From the human T2T-CHM13v2.0 reference genome, Homo sapiens, in the NCBI RefSeq assembly GCF_009914755.1, contig NC_060935.1: a DNA stretch of 64,000 nucleotides; one strand, written 5' to 3'. Position numbers and translations under genes: made by a program. The stretch's first letter is position 1. Each line of letters starts with the position of its first letter. Below the pieces are notes generated by a model. That model made no database searches. It was not told where the DNA came from and saw only the letters and a program-made list of their open reading frames with translations. This document shows, one piece after another, positions 1 to 14,013 of this stretch.

Positions 1-714
1 GAAAGAAAGAAAAGACAGAAGAGAAAGAGGGATGCCCACTTTCTTCCTCACACCCTGAGTTTTTGCTGAAAGAAGGAAGGAAATGAGGAATGCTGAATTC
101 CCTGTCTTTCAGAATGGGCAACCAACAAACTTTACTGCCTCTAATTTATACTCAGAAATGGACCTTAGAACCAGATAGTACTTTAGAAGACCTCCTGAAT
201 GTGACCACCTTAGTCTTTTAGACACAATAAATATGCAGAAGCTTTAATGGCCTAAGCCCACAAACCCCAGAATGCCTAAGGTTCTCCTGTTAACTGCTAC
301 AGATGTGGCAAGAACAGTTATCTCTCTCATAACATTTAACCACTCCCACACAAGGCTTAATTTCTTTCACCAGGGTGAGACAACTCAGAATACAATGTTG
401 TCAGTATATTTCACTTCTTATTTCTGTACTTTTTGTCACTAGATTATTTCCTTGTATAACACACATGTTTGATCCATACTTAACCTTGTAAAGCTTGTTT
501 TTTCTTTTGCCTAGAGGCCATCGAGACTTCAAATGTGCAGGCAGCCGGAGCCTCGGATGATGGCTGCCTTTTGCCGGGGACCCTTGGGCAGACCTCTTGG
601 AGGAATCCGACTGCGATTTTCCCCAAACAACGTCCCCTTTTAGCAGGAAGTAGCTAAGACCAGTCATCATCTATATTCTAACGGCAGTTAGATGTGCCTC
701 TTCAGAGGGGGAAA
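1..714 (+). mobile_element. 3' part of an ERV1 internal region (MER50-int-like), truncated by the window start
   Basis: Non-coding ERV-like sequence ending in a polypurine tract AGAGGGGGAAA (704-714) directly before an LTR starting TGATAC. Confidence 0.65.
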
Positions 715-1372
715 TGATACAGAACAGCCAGGCTCCTGAATAAACCCCACTCTTAGGCCTGGAACCACAACCTTAAGTGAAAACAGCTGGCCCTGTTTCT
801 CCTGCCCAAATGTTGCCTTTTTGGCCTGCCACCCCTTATCCTGTGCCCATAAAAGGACTTCAGCTGGCAGAGCAACACAAATGGCTGAGCATCAGGGATA
901 CAAGCTGCTGAGTGTTGGGCATATACGCGGCTGAGTAGCGAACAAAGAAGTAACAACTGAGCATTGGAGACTATGGATAGATGCAGCTAACTTCAGACAG
1001 TGTGGCTTCAAGGAAAGATCACCTTCTTCCCCTTTCCCCATCCCACTAAGAATCACTTTTATCAGCCAATAAAATCCTCTTCATACACTACCCTTCAATC
1101 CATTCACGTGACCTGATTCTCCCTGGAACCTGGACAAGAACCTGGGTGCCGAGAGAGTAGGGGCTTGGATGCTGCTGTAGGGCCCACACACAGCATACTC
1201 CCACCAGAGAGGTGTTACCAGCCGGTTCCAATGTTCATTCCTTTCGGTTCCCACACTAGCTTGCTCACACACTCCCTCTTGTGAGGACTTGCCAGCAGTG
1301 GGCTGATTGAAAATAACCACTCCAGTTCCTGCCCAAGAAGGGGATCAAGGTCAAGGGAATAATCCAATCTCA
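715..1372 (+). mobile_element. ERV1 3' LTR, MER50-like
   Basis: TG...CA termini, preceded by a PPT, AATAAA at 1068-1073; the 5' sequence TGATACAGAACAGCC...AAACCCCAC...GCCTGGAACC resembles MER50. Confidence 0.7.
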
Positions 1373-1469
1373 GTAACACATGAAGAAATTATCTGTAGTA
1401 AGATGAAAACTGTCTATGAAGGTGTTAGTGGGCTCGACATATAGTATCGACTAAGTTAATTGTTGTTTA

Positions 1470-2676
1470 TGTTGGGGTAAAGAGAAGGCGTCCCCCTTGC
1501 TTTCAGGACGTTCACTGAAAAATCAATTTTCAACAAGGCAGATTAATAAGAGAAAAGGCATACAAATGTATGTAACCATGTGCATGGGGAGAATCACAGA
1601 GTGATTACCTAATATCCCAGTGGGGCCCAAGCACTTATATAAGCTCTTTTCAGAGTGGAGGGGGCAGATGGCAAGTATAGGTAATTCTATTAATGGGCAT
1701 TAAATGATTGCTAAAGAGAATAAATGGATACTCAAGAGAATGAATGGATGGGGGAACAGAGAGTGACTTGTAAATGGTTCTCCTTAGAAGCTGAATGAAC
1801 CTGAGAGGCAGGCATTTTTTGGTGAAAGACTTGGGCCAGGTCTGGTTACATTGTTCCTCTGCTTTCCTGCAACAGATAATGAGATAACAGGGAACAGAAG
1901 GAAGAACAATTGTTCTTCTTGGTGGATCTCTCCAGTCTTTATGTAGATGGGGAAAAGTCTGTTCCAAGGCCTGTTGATCTCCGAGGGTTTTTAAGTCAAA
2001 ATACTCATTATACCTGGAAGCCATAATTTGATGTGAAATTCTGTGTGTCAGAGGCATCCAAACCAGGGTAAACTCTCTCTTCAATAAGGGCTGGGTAAAA
2101 TAAGGCCGAGATGTACTGAGCTGCATTCCCTGGAGGTTAGGCATTCTCAGTCACAGTATGGGACAGGAGGTTGGCACAAGAAACAGGTCATAATGACCCT
2201 ACTGATAAAACAGGATATGGTAAAGAAGCCCAATAAAATCCACCAAAACCAAGATGGTGATGAAAGTGACCTCCAGTCATTCTCGCTGCTCATTATACAC
2301 TAATAACAATGCATTAGGCTGCTAAAAGACACCCCCGACAGTGCCATGGCAGTTTACAAATGCCATGGCAACATCCAAAATCGACCCTATATAATCTAAA
2401 AAGGGGAGGAACCCACAGTTCTGGGAATGTCTCACCCCTTTCCCATAAAACTCATGAATATTCCACCCCTTGTTTAGCAAATGATCAAGAAATAACCATA
2501 TAAACACCCAACAAGCAGCCTTTGGGGCTGCTTCATCTATGGAGTAGCCATTCCTGTGTTTCTTCCCTAATAAACCTGCTTTCACTTTATGAACTTGCCC
2601 CAAATTCTTTCTTGGGCAAGATCCAAGAACCCTCTCATGGGGTCTGGATTGGGGCCTCTTTCCAGTAACACCTTCA
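1470..2676 (-). mobile_element. MER4-group ERV1 solo LTR (subfamily uncertain), interrupted near one end by MER41B
   Basis: Motifs GGCAGATTAATAAGAGAAAAGGCATACAAA and CAAAATACTCATTATACC...GTGAAATT typical of antisense MER4-group LTRs; resumes with CCTTCA after MER41B. Confidence 0.55.
2046..2670 (+). mobile_element. MER41B solo LTR (ERV1)
   Basis: TGTCAGAGGC...CCAGTAACA, 625 bp, colinear with the recalled MER41B consensus including the tandem-GAS segment. Confidence 0.88.
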
Positions 2677-3750
2677 CTCCTTTATTTAATAAATGCCAGA
2701 GGGAGAGTCAGAATGCAGAAATAATAAGTAGAGTAGGTCCACACAGCTTGAGGAGAATCAACTGTATTATGTGCCATGGTGCTCCACATCATAACCACAA
2801 CCAAGGCTAAGAAGGAGAGGAAAGATTATACAAATTGTCTAGTTATCCTAAGAGTTCCTTGGTCAACTTTGTGTTCAATTAATAGTTGTCCCCTGTCAAG
2901 GTTTTTAGCATTCCACCCTTGCAGCAAAACCCAAACCACCCTCAGATCTCTTTCTACACCCATGAAAGTCTTTCAAGAAAGCGACCTCCAAGAAGTGACA
3001 ACTCCACTGAAAATTTTCTAATCACAAAGTTTTACCTGAAAGACCCAAGGACTACTCAAGTCTCTTCCTGTTAGTGAAAGCCCCTACTACCTCTCTAATT
3101 TCATCTCCACTTATTCTCAGGAACCTTACAGAAGCAGTAATAGCAGGAATAACATGGCATTGTTAGGAGAACCACCATTCCACCCCTCTGTTTTGCTTTC
3201 AGAAATTCCTTACTAGCCTTAGGGTAAAAGTTTTTCTTAAAAAGAAACACAAATAAGCAAACAAATACCCAAAAACTAATTAAAACACATATCTCATTGA
3301 GCAAAATGCATGTAACATATTTAGTAAAATGTATGGTTCCAAGTAAGCAATGGAAACAGGTAGCTATTATCTCCTCTCCTCCCGGAACCAATTGGTGATA
3401 CATTGAAAAAACAGTTTTGTTACTTCTTAAATGCCACTAGGAAAAGTATCTGAGAAAGCGTAGACATTTCCATTACAGTAATTTAGACTCACATACAATC
3501 AATACAAACATCATTAATTTGGGGTTTCCTGTTGGCCTCTTTTGCTGAATGGATTGTTACAATGGTGGAGGAAAAGCAATTCCCCTTGGTTTACATTCAA
3601 AAGTCATGGTTTACCTAAAGATGGGGTCATTAAAAGAGATCCTAATGGGAAAAACACATATACATGATACTAACATTACTTTCAGTGAAAGCAAATAAAT
3701 TTGTCCATGAGCATTGATTCTATTTCTGAAAATTATTATATTAGGGAAGG

Positions 3751-4799
3751 TGTAACATAGAAAAGGAGGCCTAGCATGACCAACTCTATTTTACACCTAA
3801 CTCCCTACCCCTTGGTGATATCTTTTAGGTTGACTGTTTTTGCTTTTCTCTGCATGTAGGCCAAGCTAACTATGGCAGGAATTTAGTTCATAGTTTAACT
3901 TTAAAGCAAAAATGACAATAGTCCCTTCCCATAAGTAACTACCGATGAGTTAAGGAAGGTATACAAAAAAGCAATAATGTTATGTTAAAGATTTATAGGT
4001 GCATTGTGACCTCACCAAGGACAAAGAAGCTTCACAACCTCCTCAAGCTCTTGCTTACACCCAGATGTCTGTGGTCCTCAGCCACCTCTCGACTTCAATC
4101 CTTTCCGTCTTTCCCCTTTCCTAACACAAAAGAAGCCTAAAATCCGTATTAATTTTTTTTTCAAGTTCCAGGGTACGTGTTCAAGATGTGCAGGTTTATT
4201 ACATAGGTAAACGTGTGCCATGGTGGTGTGCTGTACCTATCAACCCATCACCGAGGTGTTAAGCCCAGCCTGCATTCGCTATTTTGCTTAATGCTCTCCC
4301 TGCCCCACCCAATCCCGCTACAGGCCTCAGTGTGTGTTGTTCCCCTCCCTGTGTCCATGTTTTCTCATAGTTCAGCTGCCACTTATAAGTGAGAACATGC
4401 AGTGTTAGGTTTTCTGTTCCTGCATTAGTTGGCTGAGGATAATGGCTTCCAGCTCCATCGATGTCCCTGCAAAGGACACGATCTTGTTCCTTTTTATGGC
4501 TTCATAGCCTTTCATGGTGTATATGTACTGTATTTTCTTTATCCAGTCTATCATTGATGGGCATTTGGGTTGATTCCATGTCTTTGCTTTGTGAATAGTG
4601 CTGCAATTAACATACATATACATGTATATTGTAATAGAATATAAAATCCCTGTCAATTTAAGGGTTTGTTTAGGACACTAGTCTGTCATCTTGTCAGTTT
4701 GCTGGCTCTCTGAATAGTTGCTTTCCGTCTCCCCGACATCTCATCTCTTGACTTACTGGCTGTTGTGCAGTGAGCTGTACAAGCTTGGACTTGGCAACA
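3751..4799 (+). mobile_element. ERV1 solo LTR (MER72/LTR8-related) split by an L1 fragment
   Basis: TGT...ACA termini with 4-bp TSD AAGG; CCAAGCTAACTATGG...AATTTAGTT.ATAGTTTAACTTTAAAGCAA motif. Confidence 0.7.
4153..4641 (-). mobile_element. 5'-truncated L1PA (about PA8-PA13) 3' end
   Basis: Poly-T followed by antisense L1 3'UTR; decayed 18-bp TSD TAAAATCCGTATTAATTT (4138-4155) / TAAAATCCCTGTCAATTT (4642-4659). Confidence 0.85.
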
Positions 4800-5109
4800 A
4801 AGGTTCTTATACTATTTAATACCATACGGCAAAAACAACATGGAATATAACATGCACACATAAGAATAAAAATGGCTTATGTAAATGAGATATTCAATCT
4901 CATAAACACAGAACATAATAGTATACATTTCAAAGATAAGCAAATAGATTTCTTATGATAAATTCAATTACAAAGATCACATAAAGATATTCCTTAAAAA
5001 AAAAACAGATCAAAGAAGTCTGAAATAAAAGTCTTTTGGTGAGAAACAACCTTTTTTTTATCACCAGGTTTCATTTCCCTTTGCTGTTTTTAGAAAGAAC
5101 AAGGACTTT

Positions 5110-5493
5110 TGTTACCGGTGGAGGGTGTCCAGGTTCTTGGCATTTTGGACAAAGAATTGGACAAAATGCACAAACAAAGCAAAGAAAGAATGAAGCAACA
5201 AAAGCAGAGATTTACTGACAATGGAAACACTCCACAGGCGTTTAAACATCCTCTAGAGGTTTCCATTGGTTACTTGGTGTACGCCCTATGTAACGGAAGA
5301 GACTAAAGTGAAGTTACGTAGTTATTTACTTGGGTATACCCTATGTAAATGAAGAGGATGAAGTAAAGTTACAAAGTCATTTCCTTGGTATATGCTCTAT
5401 GTAAATAAAGAGGATATTTCCTGTCATAGCTGAAGTGTTTCCATTCTAGGAAGTCCTTGGGTTTCCTGCCTCCATGCCCATTCTCTTGCCTCA
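5110..5493 (-). mobile_element. MER61-type ERV1 solo LTR
   Basis: Minus strand reads TGAGGCAAGAGAAT...CCGGTAACA; 4-bp TSD CTTT; internal ~55-bp unit repeated three times. Confidence 0.8.
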
Positions 5494-5501
5494 CTTTGGC
5501 A

Positions 5502-5685
5502 TCAGACCTGGGTTAGCCATACAGCCTGCTACTTACTAACTGTGTGACCTCAGTTACAATCTCTGATTCTAAGTTCTTTAATTTTTAATCTGTAAAGCAG
5601 GGATAATTATAACAAGATAAATTAGTTACTAAGGAATCATAAAATAATAAAAGAAAAGCACCTGCTATATGCTCAGTAAACCTTA
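5502..5685 (+). mobile_element. MIR fragment
   Basis: CAGACCTGGGTT...ACTTACTAACTGTGTGACCT...ATCTGTAAA.CAGGGATAAT core. Confidence 0.6.
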
Positions 5686-5915
5686 GCTCCCTGCCTTTTC
5701 CCTTTTTTCCTCTTCTCCTTTCCTGGAGTTACTAACCACCTACAAATTATTCTTCTCAATATGCAAACACACTTCATCTTTGGTAATAAGAGGCCAGAAG
5801 TCCTTAAAATCCTGATTACATAGCCACTTTACTACAGTCCAGAGAACAAAGATGGAATAATGACCAAAGTATATATAATGTAGAAATGCCCAATTTCCTT
5901 AAGAAATGCCTTTTG

Positions 5916-6273
<358 letters not shown>

Positions 6274-6830
6274 TCATTCTTATGGAACAATTTTTCCCCT
6301 AAATACGCAGTACACTTTATCCTCATCTGGCCTCCTGTATGCCAAGATCTCTGCCCAAGCAAGAAGCTTCCAGTCATCAATAATACTCTTGACCTCAACT
6401 ATAATACTTGTCTTCTTAGACTGCAGAAGGTACTCCAAGTATTTATATTATCTCTTTCCCCCAAACGCCCACAAATTGAACTTTTTAATCATGCAATTCA
6501 TAATTTCCAAATAAACTGCAATTAACCCCAAAGGATCTTCACAAGAATTTAATTTTTTAAAAAAATTAACAGCTTAAATAGACACCAGTGATAATAAATG
6601 ATTCAAGTTATTGATAAAAATGATTGTTAAATACAAACACACACATACAAAATAATTCCCTTGAAGATTTTTCCCCTTCAAAAAGATTATCCAGAAGTCT
6701 CTTTAGTTTTAAATATTAGAACTCTTTTTATACAATTTAAAAACTGGTTCTTATTTTAGTTTACCCATCTTATTTTATAACAGCATAGAAAATTTTGACA
6801 ATTACTTTTGAGGCAACTTTTACTACTTAA

Positions 6831-7145
<315 letters not shown>

Positions 7146-9239
7146 ATTAAATATTCTTAAGCATTTTAAATGACTCAAGTTTTTAAGTAAGTTTAGTATA
7201 TTCAATTTTCTTTTTAAGTATTTCAATTGCCTAAGTAGCTATTATGAAAAATAACATTTTGAAAGCTTTTTAAAGCAAATTTCCTGAGTCTAAAACAGTG
7301 CTCTGTTATATCTAATGGCCGCCTCACAAAATTCTTTTCCATTTCTGTGAGGTTAAGGTCTTGATTTCATTGTATGCTTTTTCTCTGTTTGAAATTTTGC
7401 TACATATTTTAGATGGACTGTTCAAAGTTTTTATAACTGCCTTGAAAACTGCCAACTTCTCTTCCCACCAACAAAGGGAAGTGGTTTTCCATATCCCTTA
7501 GAGATGGAGAAATGTGACTCTGAGATGACTACAAAGAAAGCAAAACAGGTAAATGTAGGCCTTCATTTCACAATTGTAACTTTCGAAGTTACAGCAAAGT
7601 TAGAAATCTGATGAAAAGATATTTGAAATTTGTAATGTTTAACTGCCATTACTAGCAAAAAGATACAGACCTGTGGTCAATATTTTAAATATCAAAGTTA
7701 CTAGACTTGTGTTGTTGCTCCCTGGAGGATGAAAAAAACTGTTTTCTTCTCAAAGAGCCAGTACAAAAGCAGCGGAAATAAAGTGTCATTTGTAATTAAA
7801 ATGAGGGCTTTGGCTGTTGTTTGAGGATAAAAATGCAGCACCCATCTTTTCAAAATAACTTAATTATGGAGATCATATGGGGGATTAACTGAGTTTTGAG
7901 GACATTCTTTTAGAGAATAAAATGACAAGAATGAAATATTGCAGATGTACAGATAGTAAAAAAAAAAATCCATGGAAACAAATTATCCATTGATAATCCA
8001 ATTACCTGTTGCTTGCAGATCTCCAATCTGTTAATTACCTTGATTTATTTTGAATCAGCTTTCAGCCACTGAGATTCGTTACGGTCCATTCAAGTCTCTG
8101 CCACAATTCAACACTTTTTACTTTTTTTCTTAATATAAGGAACATTGCCTATCGTTTCTTCACTATTTTGATTTGTAGTGTGTTTTATTCCTGATAAACT
8201 GTTTTGGATTAGCATTATTTCTCTGTAATACAAAAATATGGTCAATTCCAACCTTAAATAGAACAGCAGCTACTGAATATATTAAGCTGGTATTGACATT
8301 GTTTATGGAATTTCATAACTGTATATGGTACTTTATAGAACACATAAAAACATAATCCATCTGACATCATGTTAGTATCCATTTCCATCTCAGCTCATAT
8401 TACCCTGCTAATTTCCCTACATTGGTGAGGCGTTACACATTCATGCCATGACACTAAGATAGTGCACAGAAAATAGGAATGAGTTGCCTTTTTATTATTA
8501 TTATTTACACACACTATTTTTGCCATGATTGTATAAGCTGTAATTTTCACTATTCTCCTAGGGTAGCCAAAAAAGGCACCATAAGAATCTTGAAAACACC
8601 TCTGCAGTAAACCTAATAGATCTATATGGCTGGAATAAATAGTCACTGCCATGCTACTAAAGGGAAATGATATTGAAAGGAATATACTGTTCTCTGTAAA
8701 CAAAGAGAAAATGACTACATAAACCTGTACTTCTTTTTTTCTCATCAGAGCTATGTATTTTGGCATGTCACAATTTTCCAATACTGATGTCCATGTTTCC
8801 TAGTTCAAATCTTCAAAAGGGAGACAAATGAATCTACCTTAACTACCGTGTTCAAAGCTGGCCCAATTAATGATGGCTCCGCCAGGAGACATATGGTACA
8901 TGAAACTAATTTAGTCTAAACATGGCAACTATGCTCAGCCCTTCACTTGAGAGGGTAAAGTATTTCTAAAGAAGAGTGTATAAAAGGTAAGTGTGGCAAG
9001 ATCTCTTCTACATTTCACCTTTGATATTGTCTAGCCTTTGTGTTTCTGTACATCCTTTGTCAGGGATGCTACTCCCACTATGTGCTTATAACCTTTTTTA
9101 ATTCATACTTTTAAGGTGAAATCACATGTCCTCTCCCCCTGTTAAGCCCTCCCTGTTTCTCTAGTTTCTGTGCTGACCTCACAGTTTGTTCCACAAAACA
9201 CAACTATCACAGCCGGAACAACATGGTTTTTTTAATGAG

Positions 9240-9400
9240 AATTTCAATTAAAAGAGATAGAATGGATCAATAAGCAAAACTCAATATATGCTGTCTACAA
9301 GTGAGAAACATTAAATACAAAACACAAAGATGTTGAAAGTAAATGGGTGGAAAAGATACACATGCAAAGTATGCAAAGAATGAGCTGGCTGAAATTAGAA
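9240..9400 (+). mobile_element. Ancient L1M fragment (ORF2 endonuclease start region)
   Basis: CAATTAAAAGA...AGAATGGAT...TATATGCTGTCTACAAG...TTGAAAGTAAA.GG.TGGAAAAGATA motif. Confidence 0.6.
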
Positions 9401-9409
9401 AAGGTATTT

Positions 9410-10450
9410 TAGCTAACCTATGCCTTTTTTTGTGACTATAAAATTGGGATTATAATAATAATACCTAACTCATAGGCTGTGAGGAAACTAAAATGAGTAA
9501 ACATTTTAAATGCTTAGGTCAGATCCATAGTTCTAAAAAAATGGTTAAGTATTTTTATTATTAGCTATAATACAGTTATAAATATTACAAGAAGAGATAT
9601 GCAAAGAGCTATAAGAACACAAAAGATAATGGGATTAATTTCACCTGGTAGTTTACCGAAGGAATTCAAAGGAAAGGTAAAAGATACAGAAGATTGGAAG
9701 AAATTAGTTAAAAGTGAAGATACCATTTCAGGAAGTGAATATAACATAATGTATATCATGAAAGTACACAACATGCTTCAGGAACAGTATAGCTAGAGGA
9801 TTAAACATATTTATATATATGTTATACAGTGAAATAGGGAATCGAGATTAAATTGGTCATGTAGCACGGTATCCTTAAGAATATGGGGGCTCAGTGTGGG
9901 GTAATATAAAGAGCATGAGATTTGGCTGAGGTTAGGAATTCTGCCCCATTACTCTTTAGCTGTGTGATACTGAGCGAATGATTTAATCTCTCTGTGCTTC
10001 AGTTTCTTTACTTGTCATGAAAATTAAATAACACATGAAAATCACAGAGTAATTGTAGAACAAACACATGAAGGCATCATTTAGAAAGTTGCCACATGCA
10101 AAAACTTGAGAAAGTCATCTAACCTCTCAGAGCCTCAAGTTCTGGGCAATTAAGTGTGGAAAAATGTTAATGTATATAAAGGTAATATTTGTAAGTTATA
10201 ATGTTCCATATTTATACTAACAAAATTAAGGCATCATTTATTGAATACCTACTAAATGCTATATACAGTTCTAAATAAATATAAATATACATGTATTCAT
10301 TTATTATTTATAATAATGAGGTGACTTAGATATTGTGAATTCTATTTTGACAAAGAAATTGATGCCAGGAAAAATTAGTAAATTTTTACAAGTTCACACA
10401 GTAATTAGAAAAAGTTTGTTTAATTTCCAATTCCATGCTCTTTATACCTA
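9410..10450. mobile_element. Cluster of degraded MIR and L2 fragments
   Basis: MIR cores (AATAATACCTAACTCATAGGCTGTGAGG; CTCTCTGTGCTTCAGTTTC; TAACCTCTCAGAGCCTC) and an L2-like purine-rich stretch at 9560-9800. Confidence 0.5.
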
Positions 10451-11469
10451 TCTTAAAATAGTTGCTAAAATGATAGTTATTTATATTCTATTTACATATT
10501 TGTCTTTTGATTCTCTTAGTATGTTTAACCTGAGGTGTTGTTTTTCTAAATTGGAAGCAAAGAAACAACTAGGCACGTTATTATGAGTAAAGCTCTTAAT
10601 ATGAACTTAATAAAGTTCTTAATGTTGCATAGGAACATTTCTTATCTGTGATATACTTGCCTCTGTTTAAATAAGACTGCTTAAGATAAGCAAGATTTTG
10701 GGATCTTAAATTCAGTAGATATTAGAGATACTCATTTCCTGAGGACACTCTTTCCAGAATATATTAAAAGAAAATCCTAAAGTAATAATGTAATCTACCT
10801 AAAAATAATTTAGCATCTGGTTACAACTAAAAATGTCCATCTCCAGAGTTCTGTCAAACTGTGCCATCTGAGTCATTCATAGCCCATGTTGAGGACGATG
10901 ATTTGTCATATATTAGGCAAAATCTCCAATTCTAGAAAGCCTTGAGATATATATCAGTGACATAAAGGTACAAACTTTGGTCAAAGAATGACAAGCTCAC
11001 TATTATCTTAGGAGAGGCGTCAGCTATAATGATCACACAGGGAAAAATTTTTTCATAATTTTCTTTCATGATTGCATAGCCAGACTTTTTTTTTCTTTTT
11101 CAAGTGTAATTTTAAAAATCTTCAGAAATACCTCCGCATGCTAAGCAAAGACTACATCTACTTGTGAGAGGCCCAGTGAAAGTTAGTTATTAGAAATTTG
11201 ACCTGCTGTGGTATATAAAGATCGGTTAAAAGAGTGTATACTGCAAAATTTTGACACAGAGAATTTTGTTTTGTTTCCCCAAATGTGTGCAATTACCAAT
11301 GTCTCCAGGAATTAGCCTAAAAAAGTGTTTCCAGTGTCTCAAGCTTCATTCAGGCATCAAAAGAAAATGAAGTCCTTTGATTAAAAATACTATTTTCTTA
11401 GTTTACCAAGAATGTAAAAGTGGAAGCCAAGCATCTCCATGGTTTATCATCAGATTCATTTGTGTGTTT

Positions 11470-11610
11470 ATTTATTTATTTAGTGGTAAGAACATTTAAC
11501 ATGCTATCTATCCTCTTAATTTTTAAGTGTACAATATACAATATTGTTAACTATAGGCACAATGCTGGACAGCAAATCTCTGGAATTTATTCATCTTGCA
11601 TAACTGAAGA
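11470..11610 (-). mobile_element. L1MA (about MA8-10) 3'UTR fragment
   Basis: GTGGTAAGAACATTTAACATG...TATTGTTAACTATAGGCACAATGCTG...TTCATCTTGCATAACTGAA. Confidence 0.7.
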
Positions 11611-12625
11611 TTCAAAATGGGAAGATGCTCCTCATCTTTTTTTAAAGTCTTCTTAGTGACATGTTGGAAAGGAAGAGCTTTTTGGAATCTAAGGACTAGA
11701 ATAAGCCTTTTATTACCTATTTAGTATTTAAAGATTTAAGTTCTTAATTGAGCTTTGCTTTCTTCTTTGTCAAATTTTGTTGGCTCTGTTGGAAGTATTA
11801 CATACGTTGATAAATGTAACACTTGAAGCAAAACTTGTTACATTAAACTTTTTTTAATATGACAAAATATGCATTTGTAGTATATAACATGATGTTTTGA
11901 AGTATATATACATTGTGGAATGACTAAATCTAGCTATTTAAGATATGTATTGTTTCACATAGCTATAATTTTTTTGGTAAGATACTTAATACCCATTCTC
12001 AGCATTTTTCAAGAATACAACATAATGCCATTGACAATAACCTCCATATTGTACAATAGATCTCTTGAACTTATTCCTCTTCTATAACTGAAATTTTAAT
12101 CCTTTGAACATCTCCTTAACCCGAAATCCAACCATTCTAGTCTGGTAACCACCATTCTACTCTCATGAGATCAACTTTTTTAGATTCCACCTATGAGTGA
12201 GATCATGCAATATTTGTCTTTTTGTGCCTGGCTTATTCCACTTAACATACTGTTCTACAGGTCCCTTTATGTTATCGCAAAAGAAAGACTTCATTCCTTT
12301 TATGGCTGAATAGTATTCCGTGTGTGTATATATGTTTTCTTTATCCATTCATTCATTGATACTGATGGACACTTATGTAGATTCCATATCCTAAATTTGT
12401 AAATAATACAGCAGTAACAATGAGGGTGCAGATGTCTCAACATACTGATTTTGCTTCCTTTGGATATATACATATATCCAAAGGAATATATATATAGTAA
12501 TATATATATACAGCAATATAAATATATATATATACACCCAGTTGTGGGATTGCTGGAAAATACGATAGTTTTATTTTTAAGGTCTTAAGACACCTCTATA
12601 CTGTTTTCCATAATGAATGAACTAA

Positions 12626-13045
<420 letters not shown>

Positions 13046-13559
13046 CTTCGTTGTGATTTCAATTTTAACTTCCCTGATGTTTAGTGATGTTGAGCATTTT
13101 TCCATCTAACTGTTGGGCATCTGTATGTCTTTTTTTGAGAAACGTTTATTCAGGTTATTTGTCCATTTTTAATCCAGTTATTTGGTTTTTGTGCTATTGT
13201 TTTATAGATTTTAGATATTAACCTTTCATCAGATGGATAGTGTACATGTATTTACTCCCTTTCTGTAGGCTGTCTCTTCACTCTGTTTACTTTGCTGTAC
13301 AGAAGCTTTTTAGTTTGATAAAATCCCATTTGTCCACTTTTTCATGTGTTGCCTATTCTTTTGAGATCATGTCCAAAGTCATTACCCAGACCAATTTAAT
13401 GGCTCTTCCCCATTGTTTTCTTCTAATGGTTTTATAGTTTTGGATTTTATATTTAAGTTTTAAATCCATTTTCAGTTGACTTTTTTGTATATGATGAAAA
13501 AGAAGGGCCTAATTTCATTCTTCTGCATGTGGATATTCAGGTTTCCTAGCACTATTTAC

Positions 13560-14013
13560 TTATTATTTTTTTTCCTTCCAACTTTATTTTAGGTTCAGTA
13601 GGTATATATGTAGGTTCGTTACATGAGCACATTGCGTGTTGTGGGGATTTGACATACAGATAATTTTCTCATTCAGATAATCGCACATTACGTGTTAGGT
13701 AGTTTTTCAATCCTCACTCTCCTCCCAGACTCCAACCTCAAGTAGGCCTCTGTGTTCCCTTCTTTGTATCCTTATGTACTAATGTTCAGCTCGCACTTAC
13801 AACTGAGAACATTTGGTATTTGGTTTTCTGTTCCTACGTTAATTTACTTAGGGTAATGGCTTCCAGGTCCATTCATGTTGCTGCAAAGAACACAATTTAA
13901 TTGTTTTTCATGGCTGCATAGTATTCCGTGGTGTATATGTACCACATTTTCTTTATCCAGTCCACTGTTGATAAACATCTAGGTTGATTTCATGTCTTTG
14001 CTCTTGTGAATAG
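13560..14013 (-). mobile_element. L1PA15/16-like 3' fragment nested in L1MA
   Basis: Poly-T followed by an older L1PA 3'UTR; decayed TSD CCTAGCACTATTTA / CCCAGAACCATTTA. Confidence 0.75.

Noticed and set aside
5110-5493. p53 response element in MER61
   Set aside because: Some MER61 subfamilies carry p53 sites, but no RRRCWWGYYY pair is visible in this copy.
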